From Podarcis filfolensis (taxonomy: Eukaryota), in the NCBI GenBank assembly GCA_964270895.1, contig OZ185442.1: a stretch of 64,000 nucleotides of DNA. One strand, given 5' to 3'. The position numbers and the translations under genes are program-made. Of this stretch, positions 24,201 to 36,200 are shown one piece after another. How positions within the stretch are numbered: position 1 is the first letter of the stretch; every line of letters begins with the position of its first letter. The notes under the pieces were generated by a model that was given only the letters and a program-made list of their open reading frames with translations, did no database searches and was not told where the DNA came from.

Positions 24201-27200
24201 AGAGGATCAGTAAGAATGGCAGAGTTGAGCAAACGGGCCAGAAACTGTCCGTTCAGCTGTGTTAAAGTGTTTGGGAAGTTTCAAGAAGCACATTGAGGTT
24301 TTGAGAAAAAAATGACATTTATCTGTTAGGCGTTTTGATGGAAAACAAGTGATCTCTTTCTGCCTGAAATAGACGCTGCAGCCTGTTCTGTAGGTTTGTA
24401 TGCTAGTGAGAGACTGTCTGCCGTTTCTGTTTCTGAATATTATATTTGGTGTGGAAAGTAGGTTATTTAAGTTTATCACAGTAAACTTTGGCACTTAGGA
24501 AAGCTGGTTTCTGCTGAGAAAGAGCTTGAACTCTCCAGATGTTTCCGCAAGGTAGTGGCAGTTGATCTGAAGGCTCTGGTAGTTTCCTTGATTTCTGATG
24601 ACACTCTCTCTGCTTGTTGGTTGTTGTTGTGAACTCATTTGCAGTCTCCTCTTTTGCTTTATTGTTCATAGCAGATTTTCTGTTAATGTTCGGGGGGGGG
24701 GGGAATAGTGAGTGTGGCTTTTCTCATGTGTGTTGTGGGAGAGGATAGGGGAGAAATATTGAGTTGATTCTACAGCATTGCAGGTCTATCCGTCCCCACA
24801 TGCTCAGCTGCACTGAATATGCCGCAGGATTTTGCTTGCTTTCCGTTAAAAAAGGAAGGAGAGCCCAGTGAAGTTTTTAGAGGTTTCTACAGCTGCACTT
24901 AGAAAGCTTCATATATGCCAAGATATCAGCATCCCTAGGTGAGGCTGACTTGTCTTTCAAGTTGTGGCTGTGCCACAGACAGGGCTCTCCATCCTGCACT
25001 CAGCTTTGATGCGCATCAGCAAGGGCTGGCCTGCCTTGCTTTTTTAAAAAAATAACTTAGTGTTTGGTTTTTCAGCAAACCCTTCTCCCCCTGCCCTCCT
25101 TCAACTATGTTAGTGTTAGGGTGTCTTTTGGCTATCTAACAACTTTGGCAGGCACCTCCACCACCCACATTTTGAGCAGTGCATTCACCTGGCAGCAGAG
25201 TTTTACCTTCTGGGTTTTTGGTACCTGTCTGTCACTGTCCTGCAGCACAGCTTTGACCGTGAGAGAGTGTGTGTATTTGTGTTGGGTTTTTTGTTTGATT
25301 TCCCCTTGTGGGTTTCTTTTGCATACAGTGTGACCGTTTTTGCCTTTTGTTGTGGTGTTTCTGACTCTCTGTGCCTTTCCTTTTTGTGTTTTTGTTTCTC
25401 CTGCTTCTCCTCAGTTTGCAGCGGGGCCTCGACCTGCCCATCATCATCAGGTACAGTACCCTCCTTGCCCCTCTTCACTATGCCTCCCCTTTGCTGCCAA
25501 CTGGTTGGGAGGAAAATGTGCGGGGGGGTGTTACTTGGCTGGCCCTCCACTAATTCCGCAGGCCATGTCCTGCACCTTGCTTTCTTAGAACCCCCCCCCT
25601 TTCTAAAGAGCCCCCTAACCCCATGGCACAGTCAAGCTTCAGCTTCTAACGGTTACTAATTCTGTTGCATCAATTAACAACCCCACTAACTGTGCTCCCT
25701 GGCTTTTGCTGCTGCCACAAAGCTTTCTGATGGCTGTTGGTCTGGGATCTTTGATGTTTGCTTGGTCAGGGGTGTGCGTGCGTGTGTGTGTGCTTAGTTT
25801 GGTTATCTAGTTCTCTTGGGCACCAGGGGAAATGGGGTCAGAATCCAAAAGACTTGCCTGGAGCAATTGCCACATTACAATACTCCCAAGTACTTTCCAT
25901 TCTGAGGATGGCAACATTCCACCTGAAATAAAAACACTATGAACGTCTACCGCAGTCAGGAGACTGCTTGATTTTCTTTACCAAATAGAGCCATGCTAAG
26001 TTGGAAACACGAGAAATATCTTGAATAGTGAAATCGGATTCTGGGTTCAGGGGTTTTTCTCTGGTCTTGTGGGGCTGGCCCAGCCCACCTTCCATGCCCC
26101 CTTCAAGGCAGCATCTAGGGGAGGTGTTCAGCATCTGAGGTTGACTGCTGTGGATGGACCTATGAGTCCGCCACATTTCTACAATCCATCCTTGGTCAGA
26201 AACAACTCATGAGAAGGGGGTTGCACTGTTGTTTCATCTGAGCCGAAGCATACTGGAGTGGTGAAAGTGTAGGTCTGTGTAGCCCATCACACAAGTCACA
26301 TCATAGGAGGGGGGTTCCTCCCCGTGTAACCTTAAATCATCAGGGAACAAGTTAATTATGATGTGCTCATCTTCTCTCTCCCCGCCCCCCCCCCAAACAG
26401 ACAGCCTGAGTTACTCTTGTGGCTGCTACTTGCTGTGTGGAGGGGTGTGGCTTTTAGAGGTACTGTTTCTGGTTAAAATGTTGTGGTTTCTTCAGTTCTA
26501 CATGCTGGAGATGCCAGATCCCATATTTTCTGTGGCTGTTAAAAGGGTCCATATCAGTGGGGGGCAGGGGAGTACTGGGCTTCCTGGCTGGTGCTGTAGA
26601 TTTTCAAATATCCTTTTACCATCTTCAGTGCTGGACGCGGTTACAGTTAGGTTAGCTTAGCTTTAGAGACGGCTTTGAAAAGTGTTGTAACTTGCCGTAA
26701 CCCTTTATGGTGTCCCATTGATTAGAAACCCAACTCAAAATAATCAAGGGTTAGCTTGGAACCAGAGTTCAGCTTAACTTCACATGTTACCAAATGGCTC
26801 AAAGCAAATGGGTGATGAGGAGGCAACTGGATTGATGGAGAGTTGTGGAGAGCTTCTTGGTTGTCAGGTGCAACTTGAGGTTCCTTCCCTCCCTCCTGCT
26901 GCCATTGAAAATGACAGGAACTCTGATAGTCTAATGCAGAGCACTCTCACAGGCATCATTTCCTGCAGTTATTGTGTCATAAGATGTTCAGGTCAGTGTG
27001 ACTCATGTGCTCGCGCCATTAACTGGCAGCTCCTCCGGCCCAGCTGCTGTGACGCTTGATGAGGCTCATTGAACTTGCCAACTGCTATTTGAAGACCGAG
27101 GGGGCTGTGGGCACGTCTTCCTCCAGGAGGAGCGCTATTCCTGGGGCCCTTCTTGCTTCTGCGCTCATTCAATTAGCGCAAAGTGTTTGCACAAAGATGT

Positions 27201-30200
27201 GCAACACAAAGCTGTTGGAAGCAACTGTGAACTCCCCTGTGGGGAGGAGCAGCAAACCTTGTCAAGGAAAGGAGGGAGGGTGTGAAAACACTCTGCTTAC
27301 CAGGAACTGAGGTTTGCCTTAGAGTGGGAGGGGTTTCTCCTTGGCAGCCTTTGACTCCTGCCTCATTAGGGAATCACATTTTCTATTTAAGAAAATTTCT
27401 ATTTTAGTTCCCGCTGGGCAGATGCTGTGAATTCTGTCAGGCCTCTTAGTTTCGGGACTGCTGAGCAAGGATTCTTGTGCCAGGCTTGGTCCCTTCTACA
27501 CACTTCTGGTGTGGTACACAAGTGGAACAATCCCTGCCCTCCCCGATTGGCTCTGTCACCTTCCAAAGGGCAGGGTTTCTTCTGAGCTCTTCAAGCTCCC
27601 ATTTCCACTTACTTTCTTTTTTCCTCTCTTTCTCTCTCCCACCCCCTTTCCTTAGATAGTATCTGAGGGTCCCAAGATACCATGTTAGAGAATAAAGCAG
27701 TAGCAGGGGAGTAACCTTCCCACCACCCAGCCAAGATGTTGTCCTCAAACTGCAGCTAGGTGCCTTGATCCAGTTCCACCCCTCTTCTGATGCTGGAAGA
27801 AAATGAGCTATTTGTTCACACACTCACTCTGTACTCCATTCAGGCCAACAAGAAGTGTGACTAGTGGTCAAGGGCACATTCCAGAAAGGCTAAAACATTT
27901 GGGGTTCAAAGCAAGGGCTAGTGATTGGTGCTGCCTAGAGTCCTGAGGCCCACCAGATCGAGAAGCCTGGAGAGCTGTGTTCAGGCCCTGGGTCTGAGGC
28001 CCCCTATCTCTTCCCTAATGGAAGCAGTTTTGCTCATCCTCTCATTCGGAGGCTGCTCTGTCAGGCAGCTGAAACTGTTGGGCTTGGGAAGTTTGGTGTG
28101 TCTGGGCATCCCACTGATGACCACCATCACAAAGCCTGCGTCTTAACAGCACCAGCCATGAGGGCCAGGGACAAGCCAGTGGGCCTGCTGCATAGGGTTG
28201 GCCTTGACTCTTTGTGTTCCTGATTTAGCACAAAGTGCTCCTCCAGTGGGATTTGGAACAGGGGCTGGTATTTTGAACTGTTTGACAGAACGATTATAAA
28301 ACAGAGAAAAGAACACCAATTCATCTCTGACTCTCTGCTGCAGCCATGGCCTCCATCATCTTCTCTGGAACCCTGAATTTCTTCACTAGTCTGTTAGTAT
28401 TGCAAGTTGCAGGAGTTGGGATCTGGGAGGGGAGTAGCAGCTGCAGGAGTCTTGCATGTTCCCCTTCCAGACCCTTTTCTGGTGCTGTTTTCAGAGCAGC
28501 ATTTTGGGATTTCTTTCCAGCTCTTGAAGCTGGTCAGGTACTTCGCTGTGTTTGCTTGATCATTAAAGAGACTTTGGCTAGTTGAGTCCCTGAGCGGCTG
28601 CTGGACCTGGTCTGCTCTCTAAACAGGAAACAAAATGCAAAGCTCCAAAGCATCACTTTTCCTTCTCTCCGCCCCACAGGCTGTCTCAGCAGGTCGAAAG
28701 TGGTTCTTTTGAGGGGTGGCCCAGACAATCTCCGAATTCCTTACGATCCCATCTGTGCCAGTTTTACATGCCTGGAGAGCTTTCCAGCTGATGTATTGTG
28801 CAGCCTTGAGATTTCTCTGTAAGCAAGGCTGCTTTCCAAGGAGAGAGAACTGAGGCAGGCTTGTCCGAGGCCAGCCGGTACATCCCTGGTGGCTGTGGTT
28901 TGACTTGACCCTGAGCTCAACCCCCTTGCACTGCTTAGAGCAGGACAAAATTTGTCAGTGGCCTGCTGTGTGTCCTGGTTTCTGTGCAGAAGATTGAAAG
29001 AGGAGGCCTCATGGCCATCTAAACCTGGAGTTGCCAGCCAGCAAGGCTGCTCTTGATAGCCAGCATAGCTGTCCGTCCCCCGCATCCCAGGGGTTGTCTT
29101 CTGCATCTCTCCTCCTCCCTATCCACCCTGGAGGTGGCTCTCTTCAGACAGGTGGCTCATTCTGTCCTCTGCAGACAACCTGTGGCTGTGAGGCAGGGAG
29201 CCTTCCCTTCCCTTCCCTTCCCTTCCTGCTTGACCACTAAACTTGGGGCTGGTTTCTCTCATCTTTTTTTGAGACCATCAAGAGGATTTTAGCAGGGTTC
29301 TGATGATCATTGGGCTGTTTCTGTTGGAGAGGAGAAGGGACCCCCAGGAAAGGGTAGTTGTCGATAGGGCAACTTTTCCTAGCCATTTTCTTTCCACTGA
29401 AGCTTTAGTCCCTTGTTGTGTTTTGAGGAAAGCTAATGTCAGTGAAACAAATACTAATTTTAGAAAGCCCTAGACTGTTGCATGATGGTAACTCGGGCCA
29501 TGGAGGAGTCCTCGATGCCTACTGGAGGGGCTAGGCAGTAGGAGGGCCTTAGGTTGCATGCTGGAACCCCACCCACCCCTCCTGTTGTTGACCTGTCAGC
29601 TGTTCCATTGGCTTTCTTTCTATTTCCTGCTGCTTTCTTGCTTCGTTGTTGAAGGGAGGATTCAGACCCATCCAGGTAACTTTCACTACTGGTTCTGCAT
29701 GGCCTCACTGCCTCTCGATCACATGCGCCATTAGCGGCCAGGTGTCTTAGTGCCTGACGCATCATTTCGCACATTGAATGTTGAGCGTTGGGAGATGTCG
29801 TCGTCACACGTCCCTAGTCCTCTGGTTGACATTTGTATGGTCAGAGAAGTTAAGTTTAGATCCAGGAAGGGGTTGCCGTCTACTTAGATCATGCCCGGAG
29901 TGATGAAGAAGCTTCCCCAGTTTCAGGCAGGTCAGGGAAGGTAAGTGTGTGGTTGGCCTAGGACTGAACGCCAGTGCAGGTGTCAGGTTCCTCTTGGCAA
30001 CCCCTTTAGAGAAGTGGCCTTATACAGTCCATCTCCAAATGACACCCATCACCATTCCTGCCCTGCCCCCTCACTTCCAGGGCAGGACTCGTTAGATGCA
30101 AAGACTATCCTGGTCTGACTCATCACTTTTCCCCGCCCACCTGCGTTGCACGTGGGGCAAGTGGGCTTCCGAGGCAGAAGACCCTTGGCCAGAGAGGGCC

Positions 30201-33200
30201 AGCTAGTTGTTGATCAGGTGCATGGCGAAAGCACCATGAGTGCGGCGCACTGCTCTTCCAGGAGATGGCCGGCTAAAATATGGGGCTCCTTGCTTCCCTC
30301 CTCCAGTTTTTCCAGAGGCCTCAAATCCAGCCTCCCAGAGCAACGATCCAGAATAGCAGCCCTTCCATCCGTCCTGGTGCACAGACGCCAACCGCTGTCT
30401 ATCAGACCAATCAGCACATCATGATGGTGAACCACCTTCCCATGCCGTATCCAATGCCTCAGGGCCCCCAGTACTGTATACCACAGGTAAGGTCACAGCA
30501 CCCTTAAAATGATACAGTTGACTTGCATCTTAACCTGCACAATCGCAGCTTCACAGGCTTGGCACCCAGCCAGCTAACAGGGCACAAATTAAACCTACGC
30601 AAGGTGAAGAACTCATTAAGTCTGTGTGAGAGCTTCCCAGTCCCTGGTAAGCAAGTGAGAGAGCTTAAAAGCTCTCTGCCTTGCATGGGGAGGGCAAGAC
30701 CCACACAATGCACTGGCATTTCAGCAAGGTAGCGATGCTCATGCCAGGGTGTTTCCAGGGTTGTTTTGACTATAAGCAATTTTGGTTTTATGTGACATCC
30801 CCAGAAAGGAACCGCGGCGCAAGTTGCGAGTTGACTGTAAAGTTTTGCCATTAATGGCAGGTAGGGCAAGTCAGGGAGGGAGGCATGTAAGTGCTCCTGT
30901 TCTTTAATTCGGCTGGTGGTGACAATGTATCTGCAGCTGCCTGCAGGTTGTGTTCAATGTCAGCCCTCCTGTGACTTAGCTGGGTGCAAGTTAAATCCAC
31001 AGCACAGGTGTGCTTCCGTTTCCCTCCTTCCCCTGAGTTTTCAGTCCTTGGGTGGAAAAGGGGAATCGGGGCAGGTCTGGGAGGAATCTCCGGCACTTGG
31101 TATGCAGGCACCTGCCTTACCCAGGCCATTGGCCCACCTAGCTCAGTATTGTCTACACTGACTGGCAGCAATGGCCCCTGAGGTTTCAGGAGAAGGGGTC
31201 TTTTCCCAGCCCTATGTGAAGATGCTGCCAGGGATCAAACCTGGGGGCCTTCTGCATGCCAAGCAGGGGCTCTGCCATGTTGCTGAGACCCTTCCCCTGG
31301 AATTTTGGAATCTTCAATATATTTGTTTTATTTATTTATTGCTTTTTTAGCTCCCAGCATTCCTCAAAGGTGTTCAGAGCAGCATCGCATGGGACTGTAT
31401 CCAGCTAAGTTTTACTCAGAGTAGACCCATCAAAATGAACACACCTAGGTTAACCAAGTCTGTTGATTCCAATGGATCTCCTCTGAGCAGGCCTACTGTT
31501 TGATACAACCCATGATGTTCAGTCTCCCCCTTTTTAAGTCTTCACAACAACCCTGTGAGGTAGGTGGCTGCACCCTTTGTATTGCCCTCCACTGCTGCAT
31601 CTTTTCCCTCTTTGCTGTGCCTGGTGTGGGAAGAGAGGCCAGTAAGTAGTCTGGAATTGTATTGATTGTGGACTTAGTCCCTGCTGCCAAGGGACCAGCA
31701 GGTCAGGAAGTGGGCGACAAACTGCCCAGCACTTGCCATGAGGCCAAGAGTTGGCATTTGCAGGGCCGAGTGGGGAACTGCATTAATGGCATCATTAATA
31801 AGTTAGCAGGATAGCTTTTCCTGCTCATAAAGCGCCTTGCGCCATTTTCTGAGCCTCTTGTGCCATTTCTGTTTCAGTATCGTCATAGCGGCCCTCCGTA
31901 TGTGGGCCCCCCACAACAATATCCCGTTCAGCCGCCAGGGCCTGGACCATTTTACCCAGGACCGGGACCCGGAGAATTCCCCAACGCCTATGGTAAGAAG
32001 AGGTTTCCTTTGAAGGGAGATGGGTAGCAGAGCAAGGGCCATTTGATATGGTCCTTTCACCCTGTAGACTGACCTTTATGCAAACCAGGCTTCCTGTGTT
32101 CGTATTCCACACCTTCAGCACTGTAGCATTCCCATTTTGGCTTCTCTGTGTTAAAATGAATATACAGTAGGCCTGCAGGTTACATTCCAGGGGTTCACAT
32201 GCAAATGCAAAATCATGCAAAGCCAGGAAAAACCCCAGAATCACCCCCGTTTAACTGTCCCTGTCTTACTAGGCTCTGGGAAGGTCATGCGAGGCCTCTG
32301 GAAGAGGCGGGGGAGCTTCTGTGAGATCTTGCTGGAGTCTCACACAGTCTTCCAGAGCTGTTGCGTAGCCTTCCCAGAGCCTTCACCTTGCTTATCAAGA
32401 TCTGGGAAGGTTGCACGAGATCTTGTATGACCCCTTATGGCTGCCTGCCCCCTCCAGTTTGTTTATTTTCCTGCCATCTGCACAAAGCTGCAGTTGTGCA
32501 AATAAATCACATGTAAGTTGCAGGTCTAAATTGTGACTTGAGTAGATTTTCCTCTTTAATTTTGATGAATGAATTCTGCCACTTTGGCTGCATTGCCTTA
32601 TTGGTGCGCTCTGGTCATCCTGGGGCAGAGGGGGCAGGAAGAGAGTTAGGCAAGGACAACCAAAGCACTTAACTGCTGGAGAGCTTGCTTGGAGATCTTC
32701 GTTTGGCACCTGAGGTCAGAGCCAGCGTTGCCATCAGAAGGCGTAAAATGGTGTTTTAAAAAAAGAGGTATGGGAGTGGATTGGGGGCTGAAAATCTCTG
32801 GAAGCTGGAGTCTGCCCAGCTTTCTTGTGAAATTGGGGCATGTTCACCACTTTGCTTAGAACCTTTTGCAAACAGGAGACTCTGGGGTCTTTACTTTCTT
32901 AGGAGTAGAGGGTGCACTTTGCTTTATTGGCTCTGGCAGCAATTTTATGTGTGTGTGGGCGCGCGTGCGTGTGTGTGCATGCATGCAGAGGTTGAGGAGG
33001 TGGCTTTGTTCCTCCAGGAAAGAAACTGAGCCTGTCATGTCATTGGCCCATTCCTATGGAACTCTTTGCCACTGGAGATTCAGCGGGCGCCTTCTGTGCC
33101 AACTTTTAAATGCCTACTGAAAACTCTTCTGTTTCACTAGGCCTGTGCAGGCAGTTAAGAGTACATCCTTCCACAGTGGTCTAATAATGCTTGTTTTTAT

Positions 33201-36200
33201 TTTTTTTTTATGGTTTTACTGTATGGCTTTTCATTGTAGTAAGCTGCTGTGATATACACACACACATATGCAAGCCTGGGGGGGGGGCACTCCCAAGCAG
33301 AGGGAGCAAGTGGCCCCTCATTTCCCTGACCTTGAAAGAGGAAAACTAGGAGTCACACTTTGAGGTAGCTCGTCCTGGGTGAAGGGACGTGGCTTTGAGC
33401 GCTTTGCCACAGGCAGGCAGCCAAAGGAGTGAGCCTAAGATTCTCCTTGTCCCCCTTTACCCACCGCAGGGGCACCTTTCTACCCAACTCCCCCGGTGTA
33501 TCAGTCCACACCCATCATAGTGCCTACGCAGCAGCAGCAGCCAATCCCACCAGCCAAGCGGGAGAAGAAAACGGTAAGAGAGCTCTGCAGCTGAATGCTG
33601 AGCCCTGTGGGTTGAAGGGAGAAGCTGGAAACTGGGGAGGTTGACACTCCCCTCACCATGGGAGGAGTCTCTCTCACAGGTGTTCTGTTTAAAGCCTTTG
33701 TTGTTATTTATTCACCTTCCTCCTATGTGTTTTAAGGTGATATATGCAATATAATCAAAACAGTTTAAAATAGCAGCAAACAAATGGGAAAACCCTAAAA
33801 AGAAACACCCATTGTGGAGACCTCAGCCATTTAGAAAGCTTTTCGGAACAAAAATACCTCTTGGCAACACCTTAGTGGGCGTTATAACGGGGGTACCTTT
33901 GGGGGTGGGGGTGTAACATTATAAAAGGGGCACCTCTTGGGGTGGGGTTTCCTTCCACCATGTGCTGCTGTGGCCCTTGGTGCGGCCCTCTGAACCGTGA
34001 GTTGCGAGTGTCATGCTCCCCTCACAGCATGAGGCTGGACCCCCAGCCAAGCCACTTTTTGGGGGAGGTGATTTGAGTGGGTGCTTCGTTCCATCCTTTC
34101 CAGATCCGCATCCGAGATCCCAACCAAGGGGGCAAAGACATAACGGAAGAGATCATGTCTGGTGGAGGAAGCCGCAACCCCACACCTCCCACGGTCAGGC
34201 CCTCATCCACGCCCACCCCACCCCAGGTAACTGCGTGGGGACGGACACATGGTGGTAGGAGGCTGGCACTCATTCTCTGCTGTAGCCTCCTTGCGCAGCG
34301 TCTGTATCCCGGTGGCGCTTCTTGCCCTCACCCTCTCCTGCTCATCAGCTGCAAGGCAAAGCCAGTCGTCCTTGGAAAACTTCTTGCCAGAGATGAGCCA
34401 GCTTCTGAGGGCAAGGAAAGTTGGAGAAGGACCTTGGCTGCTTCAGGCGGGAGGGTCTCCAGGACTTGGGTTGTGGAACATGCCCCAATTGTAGCTCCTC
34501 TCGGTTTATTGTGATTCAACACTTCGTTTTCTTTAACAAAGTGCTTTGAAAGGCTTTCAGTTGAATTGTGGCAACCTTTAAATAGTTGGGTAGGGGAGAG
34601 GCATGCTTTCCCCCAAAATTCCATGGCATGGGGGGTGTCCAGATAACTGGTTGTGCCTTCTCCCTTCTCGCTGCTGTGAATAGTAATTTGTCTTTCTCCT
34701 CCTGCTGCTTTTCTCCCTCCCTCCCCATGCGCTTTTTTTTTTATGACCGTATATCTTATTTCTTCCTTTTCTTGATTTTTTTCCCTTTCCAACCCAACTG
34801 GGTTTTCTGCCCCTCTTGCTCGCTTGTGTTCCATGTTGCTAGTTTTTATGTTCGCATGCTCATTATCACCCTTTTTTGTACTTCAAATCCCAGCAGCTGC
34901 CCAGCCAGGTCCCCGAGCACAGCCCTGTGGCGTTCGGGGCCATGGAGAGCTCTCACCTCGCTGCCAGCACTCCCATCGCTGTGACAAGCGACCTGAAGCA
35001 AGGTGGGTGGACGGATCTCTTTGTCCCAGTTTTGAGAGGTGCTCTCCCTCTCTCTGTGAGGAGCCTCGAGAGCTGGTGAATCTGTGAGCCTGAACACTGA
35101 ATCATTTCTGACCTTGTGGAAAGCGCCACCTTTCAGCTTCCCATCTGCAAGTTGGTGGTGATGATAACATTGACCCACCTTGCTGGTTTCTGTAGCGCTT
35201 TCACAAGCAGCCTGTTGGGCAAAAACACATGAAGTTAACAAGTTTTCTGAATTTTGGCCAAGGCAGACTAGGGGGGAAATGTGTCATGAATGACCTATCA
35301 CCGATAGGAGCACAACATCTGGAAGGCACCAGGTTGGCAAAGGCAGTCTCAAGCTAGTGCTTAAATGAGCTGTAAATTCTTTGTGACAAGGAAGCCCCTT
35401 CTTTGGCACCCTAGAGCCATCAGTTACCCCCCGCAGCTTGACTGCTGGCCCGTTGGGCAGCTCCTTTCACACTTGCTCCCCACTGAATGCTCAATAGAAC
35501 CAAGTGCTTCTTTGCTGCCAACACCTCCGCAGGGGTGGTTGACGTAGGTGGCTGCAGCAGCGAGCAGTCGTGGTCACAGTTCTGACCAGTTCTGTTGTGA
35601 CCCAGCACAGCCACTCTGAACCTGGAAGGAGGGCAGCAACTGCCAGGTTGGAGTGGCTGCCCAGTTGCTGCTCTGCTGAGTGCTTAGAGGGACCCAGCTG
35701 CACTCCTTAGGGTTCTCCATTGAGGAGGGAGGCAGGTGTAGCTGAGGTTGTTGGTATTCTGTGGGGTGGCTGATGGAGAAGACATTGGGGGAATGATACA
35801 TTTTAGGGCCATTGTTGGCAGGGTTCTGAGTCACTGCAGCTGCTATGACTCTCTTGGCCAAGTAGGAAGGAGTCTGGTTGGGGGGGGGGATGTTTGTAGG
35901 GCTGCCTGGGCTGACAGGCATTCATAGTTGTTGCTCTTAATTTAATAATGATGGTGTTAATTTAATATTCGTTTCGCTGTTTATAATTATGCATGGGTGG
36001 GCTGTCGCTTGTTCTCTTTCTGGTTGTTATAAAAACATCGCAACAGTAAATGCTCTTTAAATACACGTCTTTACTTCTGTTTTTGCAATATAACTTAGAA
36101 TATATCTAAGAGCCTTGTTGAGACTTGATGTATCCATGAAACAGTCTGTGCTTGTAGATGTCAAGATTAGAAATTAAACCTGGTCTTTGAACACCTTGCA

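Noticed and set aside
32959-32987. 29-nt alternating purine-pyrimidine tract (Z-DNA potential)
   Set aside because: An ordinary GT/GC microsatellite derivative, common in vertebrate introns.
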